Shown here: positions 37,932 through 46,193 of the stretch, piece by piece | Layout of the letters: each line of letters starts with the position of its first letter | Position numbering within the stretch: the first letter of the stretch is position 1 | Origin: Gemmatimonadales bacterium | GTDB lineage: Bacteria > Gemmatimonadota > Gemmatimonadetes > Gemmatimonadales > GWC2-71-9 | Direction: 5' to 3' | Length of the DNA stretch: 64,000 nucleotides | Assembly: GCA_050733075.1 (NCBI GenBank) | Contig: JBOHSD010000014.1 | Coordinates: forward strand, 13 to 64,012 | Notes under the pieces: model-generated | The model's input: the letters and a program-made list of their open reading frames with translations, nothing else | Database searches by the model: none | What the model was told of the DNA's origin: nothing | Made by a program: the position numbers and the translations under genes

Positions 37932-38003
37932 TACCCTTTAGTGTGACTCAAGCCACAGCATCTTACTGCCGACCGGCCGATCTTCGCTGGCGTAAGCTCA
38001 TGG

Positions 38004-38026
38004 TTATCAACCAGTTCTGTTGATAA
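38004..38026. promoter_or_regulatory. Perfect 8-7-8 palindrome upstream of ku (candidate operator)
   Basis: TTATCAAC cagttct GTTGATAA sits in an AT-richer patch, 127 nt upstream of the ku ATG. Confidence 0.35.
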
Positions 38027-38152
38027 ACCTGGGGAAAACGCCGGCGCCTGTGGGAAAGTGCCGGTGCTTTTTCCGCGCTCAGGAGCCGATTCGTGCCGCG
38101 GGTTGCGCGCCAGCGGATACCTGCTCCGAGACTCGAGCCGGGAGCACCGAAT

Positions 38153-38989
38153 ATGGCGAGAGCGATCTGGAGCGGCTCCATCAGCTTCGGGATGGTGAGC
38201 ATCCCAGTCAAGCTGTATGGTGCGACCGAAAGCCGCGATATCTCGTTTAATCTGCTGCATGCCACCTGTGGAACCAAGCTCCAACAGCGACGCTGGTGTC
38301 CCACCGATGAGGTCGACGTGCCATGGAGCGAAGTGGCGCGGGGCTACGAGTACGCTAAGGGCGAGTACGTGGTGCTCACTGATGAAGATTTCGAGCACCT
38401 GCCCCTGCCCAGCAAGCACACCATCGATCTCAGCGCCTTTGTCGAGGAGCAGGAGGTCGATCCCATCTTCTACGAGCGCAGCTATTTCCTGGAGCCCGGC
38501 GAGCGGGCGGAGAAGCCCTACGCTCTCCTGTTGAAGGCGCTGGAGCAGAAGAGGCTGGGTGCCGTGGCCAGCATCACGATAAGAAAGAAAGAGCAGCTCT
38601 GCCTGCTCCGCCCGCAGAACGGCACGATCCTTTTAGAGACGCTCTACTATCCCGACGAGATCAGGCAGCAACCCGGCGTCGATCTCGACCAGGTGAAGGT
38701 GTCGGACCGGGAGCTCGAGATGGCCTATACCCTGATCGAGCTGCTCAAGAAGCCCTTCGATCCATCCGAGTACAAGGACCACTACCGCGAGGCGCTGGCC
38801 CAGCTCATCGAGTCCAAGCTCGAAGGCAAGCAGGTGGTGACGGCGCCGCAACCGCGGGAAACCAAGGTCATCGATCTGGCTGAGGCGCTCAAGCGCAGCG
38901 TCGAAGCGGCGAAGAAGGGAGCCAAACCGAAGCCCGCGGCACGCGGCCGGGGGCGGCCCGCCCGCCGGCGGACCCGGAAGGTTGGATGA
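38153..38989 (+). CDS. ku: Ku protein (NHEJ DNA-end binding)
   Basis: MARAIWSGSISFGMVSIPVKLYGAT and a Lys/Arg-rich C-terminal tail. ATG at 38153. Confidence 0.95.
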   Translation: MARAIWSGSISFGMVSIPVKLYGATESRDISFNLLHATCGTKLQQRRWCPTDEVDVPWSEVARGYEYAKGEYVVLTDEDFEHLPLPSKHTIDLSAFVEEQEVDPIFYERSYFLEPGERAEKPYALLLKALEQKRLGAVASITIRKKEQLCLLRPQNGTILLETLYYPDEIRQQPGVDLDQVKVSDRELEMAYTLIELLKKPFDPSEYKDHYREALAQLIESKLEGKQVVTAPQPRETKVIDLAEALKRSVEAAKKGAKPKPAARGRGRPARRRTRKVG

Positions 38990-40053
38990 GCGCAGTCGGG
39001 GAGGTGGCAGGACAGCTCGAAGATCCGAAGCCGCAACTGGTCCTGGACGTCGAAGGACACCGGCTCCCCGTCACCAACCTCGAAAAGGTTCTCTGGCCCG
39101 GCTCCCAGCGGGGCAGCGGTTTTACCAAGCGGGACCTGCTCCGCTATATGGTCCGGGTGTCTCCCTGGCTCCTCCCCCACCTGGCCGGACGACCTCTCTT
39201 CGTCACTCGGTATCCTGACGGCGTCGGCGGCAAGAGCTTCTACCAGAAGCACTGGGATAACCCTCCGGAGTTCGTGCGCACCGTCACCATCTACTCCAGC
39301 CACACCGAGGGCGATAGCGATTATGTGATCTGTGAGAACCTTCCGACCCTGCTCTGGCTAGCCCAGATGGCGGGGCTCGAGCTGCACCCCTGGTTTTCCC
39401 GGGTGGATCCGGCACCCGACGCCCGTGGTCGGGGGCGGAAGTTCTCCGGCTCGGAGGATACCCTGGACCGCTCGGTCCTGAACTATCCCGACTTCGTGGT
39501 GTTCGACCTGGATCCATATCAGTACTCGGGCCGGGAGAGCAAGGGTGAAGAGCCGGAGCTGCACCGCGAGGCGTTCAAACGTACCTGCGATCTCGCTCTC
39601 CGGCTGCGTGACCTGCTCGGCAGTCTCGGCCTCAACCCCTTCGTGAAGACATCGGGCCGCACCGGACTGCACCTCTATCTGCCCATTCTCCGGAAGTTCG
39701 ACTACGATGCTGCTCGGGGCGTTGCCGAGACCATCGGGCGGTACGCGCTTCAGGTATGGCCCAGGGACGTGACCTTGGAATGGGCAGTCGAACGGCGGAC
39801 CGGGAAGATCTTCTTCGACTACAACCAGAACACCCGGGGCAAGTCGTTGGCGTCCATCCTCTCGCCGCGGCGGCATAGGTTGGGTACGGTATCGATGCCG
39901 GTCCACTGGGATCGGCTTCAGGGGATTTATCCCACCGACTTCACCCTCGGGACCGCACCCGATCTGCTGGGCAGCCAGGGCGACCCCTGGGCCGGCATCC
40001 TCTCTGCAAAACAGGACCTGGGTCAGCTGCTGGAGCAGCGAACGGCCGGATGA
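38986..40053 (+). CDS. ligD: LigD polymerase/primase domain protein (stand-alone PolDom)
   Basis: LEKVLWPG..FTKRDLLRYM..PHLAGRPL...RYPDGV.GKSFYQKH, DLDP, and KTSGRTGLHLYLP. ATGA overlap with ku. Confidence 0.9.
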   Translation: MSAVGEVAGQLEDPKPQLVLDVEGHRLPVTNLEKVLWPGSQRGSGFTKRDLLRYMVRVSPWLLPHLAGRPLFVTRYPDGVGGKSFYQKHWDNPPEFVRTVTIYSSHTEGDSDYVICENLPTLLWLAQMAGLELHPWFSRVDPAPDARGRGRKFSGSEDTLDRSVLNYPDFVVFDLDPYQYSGRESKGEEPELHREAFKRTCDLALRLRDLLGSLGLNPFVKTSGRTGLHLYLPILRKFDYDAARGVAETIGRYALQVWPRDVTLEWAVERRTGKIFFDYNQNTRGKSLASILSPRRHRLGTVSMPVHWDRLQGIYPTDFTLGTAPDLLGSQGDPWAGILSAKQDLGQLLEQRTAG

Positions 40054-41054
40054 CAAAAGGGCCGAAGGCCCAAAGCATAAGCGCCCCGGCTCGCCTCCGC
40101 CGTCGCGGGATGCCCTCCTGGATTCCCCCCATGCTGGCGACGCTCACCGACAGCTTACCCAGCGGGGGTAAATGGGTCTACGAGCCCAAACTGGACGGCG
40201 TGCGGGCCCTGGTCTACGTGACCGGTGGAGAGGTCCGCCTCTATTCGCGGAATCGGAAGCCGCTCAACGATGCCTATCCCGAGCTGGTCGAGGCCCTCCG
40301 GGAAATGGTGCGCGGCGACGCGGTGCTCGATGGCGAGATCGTGGCTTTCGACCCCGAGCGCGGGATCACCAGCTTTGCCAGGCTGCAGCAGCGCATGCAG
40401 CTCAGAGACCCGGTGCGCGCCCGGCGCAGCCCGGTGCCGGTGTACCTCTACCTCTTCGATTGCCTGTACTACGATGGCCTCGATCTCACCGGACTTCCTC
40501 TGCTGGAACGCAAGGCGGTCCTGCGGGACGTTGTGACGTCCCGTGACCCGGTGCGGCTCACTCCATACCGGATGACCAGGCCGCAAGCCATGCTGGAGGA
40601 AGCCTGCACCAGAGGCGAGGAGGGGATCCTTGCCAAGCGGGCAGACTCCCGATACGTGAGCGCGCGCTCGTCCGATTGGCTCAAGATAAAATGTCTCCGC
40701 CGCCAGGAGCTGGTGATCGGCGGTTACACCGCTCCGCAAGGCTCGCGGGAGCGCCTGGGCGCTCTGCTGGTAGGATATTATGACGGCAAATCACTGCGCT
40801 ATGCCGGTAAAGTCGGCACCGGCTACGATCGCAGAACGCTGCAGTACCTGCACGATCGTCTGGTTCCTCTCCACCGCCCCACCTCCCCGTTTTCGGCCGG
40901 GCCGGTTCCCACTGGGGAGGTCCAGTGGGTCACACCTAAGCTGGTGGCGGAAGTGGGCTTCTCCGAATGGACATCGGCAGGGCTCCTCAGACACCCACGA
41001 TTCCTGGGCCTCCGAGAGGACAAAGCGGCCCGGGAGGTACGCCGGGAAGACTAG
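40050..41054 (+). CDS. ligD: ATP-dependent DNA ligase (LigD ligase domain, stand-alone)
   Basis: WVYEPKLDGVRAL (KxDG adenylation motif), EGILAKR, and WLKIK, with an OB-fold C-terminus. ATGA overlap with the PolDom gene. Confidence 0.9.
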   Translation: MTKGPKAQSISAPARLRRRGMPSWIPPMLATLTDSLPSGGKWVYEPKLDGVRALVYVTGGEVRLYSRNRKPLNDAYPELVEALREMVRGDAVLDGEIVAFDPERGITSFARLQQRMQLRDPVRARRSPVPVYLYLFDCLYYDGLDLTGLPLLERKAVLRDVVTSRDPVRLTPYRMTRPQAMLEEACTRGEEGILAKRADSRYVSARSSDWLKIKCLRRQELVIGGYTAPQGSRERLGALLVGYYDGKSLRYAGKVGTGYDRRTLQYLHDRLVPLHRPTSPFSAGPVPTGEVQWVTPKLVAEVGFSEWTSAGLLRHPRFLGLREDKAAREVRRED

Positions 41055-41254
41055 CGTGGCAGAGCGCCCGGACCCCTTCAAATTTCCCACCTCCCGAGCC
41101 CGATCCGCCCTTGCCTCGTCATCCGCAAGATAAGCCATAGCAAGAGGTTAGACCCGCGCCCCCGGGAGGTGGCTCGCTCCGGCCACCCCTGCACGGTTCT
41201 TGCCCTCTGGGCAGCGGTCGAATCGTCCCCCAACGCCGCTTCCAAGGAGCTCGT

Positions 41255-41614
41255 ATGCTCGCAGCTCGCCGGGTGCTCTGGTCGGCTCTTGCAACCTTCA
41301 CCCTGCTCGGCGTCGCCCTGGCTCCAGCGCATGCCCAGGGCAAGGCCAGGGGCAAGCACAAGCACTACGTCGTCACCAGCGACAAGGCCATCACCGTGAC
41401 CCGCACGGTGCTGGTCGGTCGGGGATACGAGGTCGTGCGGGTCGAGCGCGTCGGACCCACGCGGGTGGTGTATTACCGGCCTGGCAAGAAGTGGCGCGGC
41501 AGGGGAAAGCGCCCGGTCTACCGTATGGTCATTCGCACCGTTCGCGAGCGGGTGGTCTTCGAAGAGACCGATCCGGCGGTGCTGATAGACATCGACGTCA
41601 AGCTGAAGCTCTAG
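41255..41614 (+). CDS. Secreted basic small protein, hypothetical
   Basis: Signal peptide LGVALAPAHAQG, then a Lys/Arg-rich beta-type sequence. Confidence 0.55.
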   Translation: MLAARRVLWSALATFTLLGVALAPAHAQGKARGKHKHYVVTSDKAITVTRTVLVGRGYEVVRVERVGPTRVVYYRPGKKWRGRGKRPVYRMVIRTVRERVVFEETDPAVLIDIDVKLKL

Positions 41615-41656
41615 CCAGTGGACTCTTTCACCTATCCCTTTCCAAGCGGAGGCGCA

Positions 41657-42301
41657 ATGCGTGGCAATGCGTGGATGGCTCGCGCCGTGGCCGTAGGCGG
41701 CATACTGCTGGGTGCGGGAGTGCAACCCCTCTCGGCTCAGCGCATCAGCATCGCTCCCAATATCGGAGTCTACGTTCCCACCACGGAGCTGGTGCGGGCA
41801 GCCAGCGGTGAAGAGTTCAAGCAGGAGATCAGCATCACCCTCGGTGGCCGCATGGGAATCTTCCTGAGCGAGCGCCTGGGGCTGGAGTTCACCGGTGCCT
41901 ACGCGCCCAGCGACCTGAAGATCACCCAGACCGGAATCGGCGACCAGGCAGCGGAGGCGAACATCTTCACCGGTAGCGGCCGGCTCAGCTACCAGCTGGT
42001 GCCTTACACCAGCCCGGTGGCGTTCGTAGTTACCGGCGGCGTCGGCATCATCAACCGCAGCGGCGATTTCTATGCTGATGTGGAAGACAAGACCGACATC
42101 GGCGGCACCCTCGGTGCCTCCGCCCGATTTCGCCTGGGTAAGCTCCTGCGCATTCAGATCAGCGCCGAAGACTACATCTACAAGCCGAAGGCCGAAATTC
42201 CGGGCTTCGGGCCGGACCAGCAGAAGAGCACCCAGAACGACATCCATCTCTCCATCGGGGTAGGTATTCCACTCCTTGGCCTGGGTCAGATGGGCCAATA
42301 G
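41657..42301 (+). CDS. Outer-membrane beta-barrel protein (OmpA-like beta-barrel / OmpW-like)
   Basis: GGAGG lies upstream of the ATG at 41657. Signal ends in PLSAQ. Alternating beta-strand pattern. Terminal ...HLSIGVGIPL. Confidence 0.75.
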   Translation: MRGNAWMARAVAVGGILLGAGVQPLSAQRISIAPNIGVYVPTTELVRAASGEEFKQEISITLGGRMGIFLSERLGLEFTGAYAPSDLKITQTGIGDQAAEANIFTGSGRLSYQLVPYTSPVAFVVTGGVGIINRSGDFYADVEDKTDIGGTLGASARFRLGKLLRIQISAEDYIYKPKAEIPGFGPDQQKSTQNDIHLSIGVGIPLLGLGQMGQ

Positions 42302-42327
42302 GCCCGATGGCCCCGGTATCACCCCGG

Positions 42328-42359
42328 AGGGCGGCTCCCAGAGCCGCCCTTTTCTTTTT
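42328..42359 (+). terminator. Rho-independent terminator after the first OMP gene
   Basis: 10-bp stem AGGGCGGCTC / GAGCCGCCCT with a 3-nt loop, followed by TTTTCTTTTT. Confidence 0.75.
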
Positions 42360-42542
42360 GCCTGCCCGTCACTACCAGAGGGTGACCCGCTTCACAGTCT
42401 TCACCTCTCGCGGTTCACAGCGCCCAATTCCCGAATCAGCCATGCTAACTGGGCCGGGTCAGTCCCCGACCGTTGGGCGCGCCCGAAACCCCGCGCCAGG
42501 TTCTGTTGCCACAACAGGTTCTGAAACTCTGGGAGCGTTTAC

Positions 42543-43160
42543 ATGTCGATTCACAAGCTTCTTCAACTGACCTCCGGTCTGGTCGCCGCGGCAATCGTAG
42601 CCAGCGCCGCCGCGCCCCCTGCCGCCGCACAGGGCGGGGTGGAGCTGACTCCCTGGGCCGGGGTATACATTCCCACCAGCAATTCAGTGAGTGCCCTCGG
42701 TGATGACATCTCCCGTGACGTCAGCGTTGCCGGTGGCGCCCGTCTCAGCTTCTGGGGCACCGGTGCCCTCGGCTTCGAGGTGACCGGCGGCTACGCTCCG
42801 GCGAAGATCGGAGACGAGACCATCAACGAGACCGGCAACACCGATCTCCTGCTCGCCAGCGGGCGTCTGATGCTTGCGCTGTCACCCGTCAGCAACCCCG
42901 TCGGCTTCTATATCGCCGGAGGCCCTGCGCTGCTGGCACGCGGGAGCAATCCCTTCGACGACGACCGGAGCAGCACCGATATCGGCGGAGTGCTCGGACT
43001 CGGCTTCCGCTTCGGCGGCGGCGATGATAATCGAGTGGGCTTCCGGCTCGATATCGAGGATTACCTTTACAACGGTGACTTCGGTGGCGGCGACGAGTTC
43101 CAGAACGACCTGGTCGCCTCGCTGGGCGTCTCGATCGCCCTCGGAGGCAGCCCCGACTGA
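42543..43160 (+). CDS. Outer-membrane beta-barrel protein (paralogue of 41657..42301)
   Basis: Signal ASAAAPPAAAQG. Shared motifs with the upstream OMP include GVYIPT, RL.F and LGVSIALG. Confidence 0.75.
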   Translation: MSIHKLLQLTSGLVAAAIVASAAAPPAAAQGGVELTPWAGVYIPTSNSVSALGDDISRDVSVAGGARLSFWGTGALGFEVTGGYAPAKIGDETINETGNTDLLLASGRLMLALSPVSNPVGFYIAGGPALLARGSNPFDDDRSSTDIGGVLGLGFRFGGGDDNRVGFRLDIEDYLYNGDFGGGDEFQNDLVASLGVSIALGGSPD

Positions 43161-43188
43161 CCTCCGGAAGCTCAACCGCAGGACTCGA

Positions 43189-43224
43189 GGGCGTGCAGCC
43201 GAACCTAGCTTCGGTTGTGCGCCC
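43189..43224 (+). terminator. Long hairpin downstream of the second OMP gene (possible terminator)
   Basis: 15-bp stem GGGCGUGCAGCCGAA / UUCGGUUGUGCGCCC with three G-U pairs and a 6-nt loop. The downstream U-tract is weak. Confidence 0.45.
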
Positions 43225-43526
43225 TTCCCGCATTGAGGCCAGGGCAGTCCGGGTGGTTTCCTCTCACGCCAGGCGACAATGAAGGGACATGAAGGTGGGT
43301 GGAACGGGCCCATTGGGGGCCCGTTCCCGGCGAGATGAGATAAGAAGGGGAATTTGAGGGAGACAAACAGCAAAAGCGAAGATGGATAGCTCGTCCGGCC
43401 GTTGAGCAGGGGACTCGAGGCTTGTTCGGACGTCTCGCGGTTCGCCCTCCACCCACGCTCTCACTGGGCCAAGTATAGACTCGCGAAAAGGAGCCGCTGT
43501 GCGGTAGATCACAACCAAGAGTCGCC

Positions 43527-44207
43527 TCAGGGCGCCGGTGCTACCGCGCGCAGAGGCAAATGCGGCTCGAGTACATGGTCTTCCAAGATCTGCCGCAGCG
43601 TTATAGGTCGAACTCCTCTCGAACGCCAGGCAGCGATCAGCCGCTCACCCTCTTCCGGGTTGATGGCCCGCACAGCGTCGGTCACCAGATACAGCTCCGC
43701 CTTCGGCAGCGCGCGCATGAGGCCTTCCATGGCGTACTTGTCACAGAAATCGGTGGCCACGCCGTAGAGCACCACAGCCTCTGGCTCCAGCGCTCGAAGC
43801 AGCGCCGGCACGTTGGCGTTGGTGAACACGTCCAACGCCCGCTTGTGCAACAGGAAATCGCCCCGGTGGGCGAGGACCTGCTGGGCCAGCGCGCCCGGAT
43901 CGTGAAGCTCGGGGCCGATCACCAGCGGATTGAGCAGCTCGGTCTCGGGAATCTTGAGCTGTCCCGGTGTGCCCCGCATGCAGTGCGGCGGGAAAGTAGT
44001 GCTCCAGTCGGGGGTATCGCTGATCTCCGGATCGGAGAGCTCGTGATTGTCAGCCGAGGCGACGATCGGGATCCGGTTGGCGTGGGCAAAGTCGGTGAGC
44101 GCCTTGACGGCGGGGATGATCTCTTCGCTGCCGGGCACATAGAGCTTTCCGTCCGACTTCATGAAGTCATAGGACGTGTCCACGTCCCAGAAAATCAGTT
44201 TCGTCAT
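43527..44207 (-). CDS. pncA: Isochorismatase-family hydrolase, probable nicotinamidase
   Basis: LIFWDVDTSYDF...PIVASADNH...FPPHCMRGTPG...VVLYGVATDFC. Lies next to pncB. ATG at 44207. Confidence 0.75.
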   Translation of the reverse strand: MTKLIFWDVDTSYDFMKSDGKLYVPGSEEIIPAVKALTDFAHANRIPIVASADNHELSDPEISDTPDWSTTFPPHCMRGTPGQLKIPETELLNPLVIGPELHDPGALAQQVLAHRGDFLLHKRALDVFTNANVPALLRALEPEAVVLYGVATDFCDKYAMEGLMRALPKAELYLVTDAVRAINPEEGERLIAAWRSRGVRPITLRQILEDHVLEPHLPLRAVAPAP

Positions 44208-44223
44208 GCGGTCTCCGAAAAAC

Positions 44224-44371
44224 CGTGAACCGTGAACAGTAAACGGTGAACGGCAAGGGGTGAACCCGGCCACCCGTTCACCGTTTACCGTTCACCGTTT
44301 ACCGTTCACCGTTTACCGTTCACCGTTCACCGTTCACCGTTCACCGTTCACCGTTCACCGTTCACCGTTTA
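44224..44371. repeat. Inverted heptamer-array element (GTGAACG family) between pncB and pncA
   Basis: Right arm 44274-44371 is 14 uninterrupted units (10 CCGTTCA, 4 CCGTTTA). Left arm 44224-44253 is CGTGAAC CGTGAAC AGTAAAC GGTGAAC, plus GTGAACC at 44260-44266. Confidence 0.9.
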
Positions 44372-45427
44372 ATCTACCTTTTCCAACCTCGGGTTGGGCC
44401 GGTATTCCCGTCCCACCTTGGCACATGGCCTTCCTTCGCGCCGCACCACGTCGGCCGTGAAATCGAACCGTCCCTGGAACAGCGAGGACCCCACGCCGTA
44501 CCCGTCCACCGGCACTTTGTCCCGCTCGAATTCCCGGATCTTGTCAACCGTGAACCCACCGGAGACGATGATCCTCACGCTGCGGAAGCCGTCGCCATCC
44601 AGCGCGCGGCGGACATTCCAGACCAGCTGCGGGTTGACCCCATTGGGCTTGAAGTACCCCATCCTATCCCAGAGTGAGCGGTCCACCAGCGTCTCGCTGG
44701 TGTCGAGACGTACGCCGTAGAGCCGGTCTCCCAGCGCGTGAGCCACCTCGAGCGAGGTGCGCACGCAATCGTTCTCGAAGTCGACCAGGCTGATCAGCCT
44801 CACTTCCGGCCGTATGTGCTGGGCGAACTTCCGGGTGGCGAGCACCGTGTCACCCCCGTAGGCAGCGATGAGCGCGTGCGGTACCGTCCCCACACCCTCG
44901 CTCCCCCACCACGAGGCCTGCGCGTCGGTCGAGACCCCGATGGCACCGGCCACGTGTGCGGCGTATCCATCGCCGGTCTGGACCAGCCAGTGATCGTGAC
45001 GGGCCGGAAAGAACATGATCTCCTTGGGCGCGGCTGCTTCGACCACCCTCCGAGTGTTCGTCGCCACGCGGGTTCGCCGGGCGAGCACTCCCAGGTAGAG
45101 CGTCTCCAGATGGGCAAAGGCGTCATAAGGCCCCTCGACAAGAAGCGCCGTCTCCCAGGGCTCGACCTCGTCACCATCATGCAGCGCGTGGACCTCGAGC
45201 TCGGGCCACTCGATGGCACATAGCTTCAGGATGGCGAGCGCCTCATCCACCCCGCCGAGGAATGCGTGGGTCTTGCCGAACACCTGCATGGTTACCCGGG
45301 GGCGATACCGATCGGCTAACAGGATCTCGCGCGCCCGTACGAAGTACTTGTCGGAGTAATAGCCGGCCCGCATCTTCGCCACCGGCAAGTTGAAGATTTC
45401 GGGGTCCAGCCGCTGGCGAGCGGGCAT
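44369..45427 (-). CDS. pncB: Nicotinate phosphoribosyltransferase
   Basis: 352-aa ORF with YYSDKYFVRAREIL and LDTSETLVD-type motifs of the NAPRTase family. The TAA stop is embedded in the first heptamer. Confidence 0.85.
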   Translation of the reverse strand: MPARQRLDPEIFNLPVAKMRAGYYSDKYFVRAREILLADRYRPRVTMQVFGKTHAFLGGVDEALAILKLCAIEWPELEVHALHDGDEVEPWETALLVEGPYDAFAHLETLYLGVLARRTRVATNTRRVVEAAAPKEIMFFPARHDHWLVQTGDGYAAHVAGAIGVSTDAQASWWGSEGVGTVPHALIAAYGGDTVLATRKFAQHIRPEVRLISLVDFENDCVRTSLEVAHALGDRLYGVRLDTSETLVDRSLWDRMGYFKPNGVNPQLVWNVRRALDGDGFRSVRIIVSGGFTVDKIREFERDKVPVDGYGVGSSLFQGRFDFTADVVRREGRPCAKVGREYRPNPRLEKVD

Positions 45428-45428
45428 T

Positions 45429-46100
45429 TCAGCAGGGCCCGGCGTCGAACCGTTGGGCTTTCAAGGCCGCCAGAGCCGTCCGGAGCCGCCGCGCATCACC
45501 CGACGTGGGGTGACGGTCTATCAGCCTGCGCAGCTCGGCCATGGCGCGTCCCGGATCGCTCAGGTGCTGCTCGTAAACCTGGACCAGGGCCAGCCCGATC
45601 CGGAAATCGTCCCGGCTCGAGAGCGGCCCCGCCATCCGCAGATTATCGAGCTCGAGTGCCGCCGTCTCGGAATGGCCCAATGACTCCGCCAGCAGCTTCG
45701 CCCGCCTGAGGGTGGCCTCAACCCGCTCGGCCTGGTTCTGCGCTCGCTCCGCGTAGGCCTCGGCGGCGGCCGCGAGATGACCTCGCGCCACCAGGGTCTC
45801 GATGGCGGAAAAGCCGCCGCCCCTGCGCACCAGCCCGGCATTGCTCACGAGGTGAAAGAATCCGTCGATCACGGGCTCGAGCACGCCGTAGAGCAACCCG
45901 ACGACTAGGCCATACACCGCCCATAGCGCGCCTACCAGCTGGAGGGCTCGGGGCTCGGCTCCGGTCGCCGCCAGAATGACCGCGATGACCGTACCCAGGA
46001 GCGCGAGCGCTCCCACAACCAACCGAACCAGGCCGAACGGCTCCTCGGTGGATCGATTGGCTCGGTCGGTGGCGGAGCGGAGCGGGGAGTAAGAGGCCAA
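45429..46100 (-). CDS. Membrane protein with TPR-like helical C-terminal domain, hypothetical
   Basis: Two TM helices, then Ala/Leu/Arg-rich helical repeats. TTG start. Ends 1 nt before the pncB start. Confidence 0.55.
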   Translation of the reverse strand: MASYSPLRSATDRANRSTEEPFGLVRLVVGALALLGTVIAVILAATGAEPRALQLVGALWAVYGLVVGLLYGVLEPVIDGFFHLVSNAGLVRRGGGFSAIETLVARGHLAAAAEAYAERAQNQAERVEATLRRAKLLAESLGHSETAALELDNLRMAGPLSSRDDFRIGLALVQVYEQHLSDPGRAMAELRRLIDRHPTSGDARRLRTALAALKAQRFDAGPC

Positions 46101-46117
46101 GGCAAAAAGTTACTCGG

Positions 46118-46146
46118 TTGACTTTCGCTTCGCGACGGGCCTAAAT
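46118..46146 (+). promoter_or_regulatory. Candidate sigma70-type promoter for the asparaginase-family gene
   Basis: TTGACT (46118-46123), a 17-nt spacer, and CTAAAT (46141-46146). GGAGG lies 8 nt before the ATG at 46194. Confidence 0.3.
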
Positions 46147-46193
46147 CCCCCGCAGCGTGAACGGCGGTTCCCTCTGCCATTGGAGGCTTTCCT

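Noticed and set aside
44274-44371. A CRISPR array interpretation of the tandem repeats.
   Set aside because: The period is 7 nt with no spacers, the arrays are 30-100 nt long, and no cas genes are present.
44260-44460. ORFs translating as PFTVHRSPFTVYRS... (44260..44460, 50284..50622, 50294..50704) that could be taken for repeat proteins.
   Set aside because: They are simply the open orientation of the heptamer arrays read in all three frames. They have no RBS, no non-repeat domain, and run into neighbouring genes.
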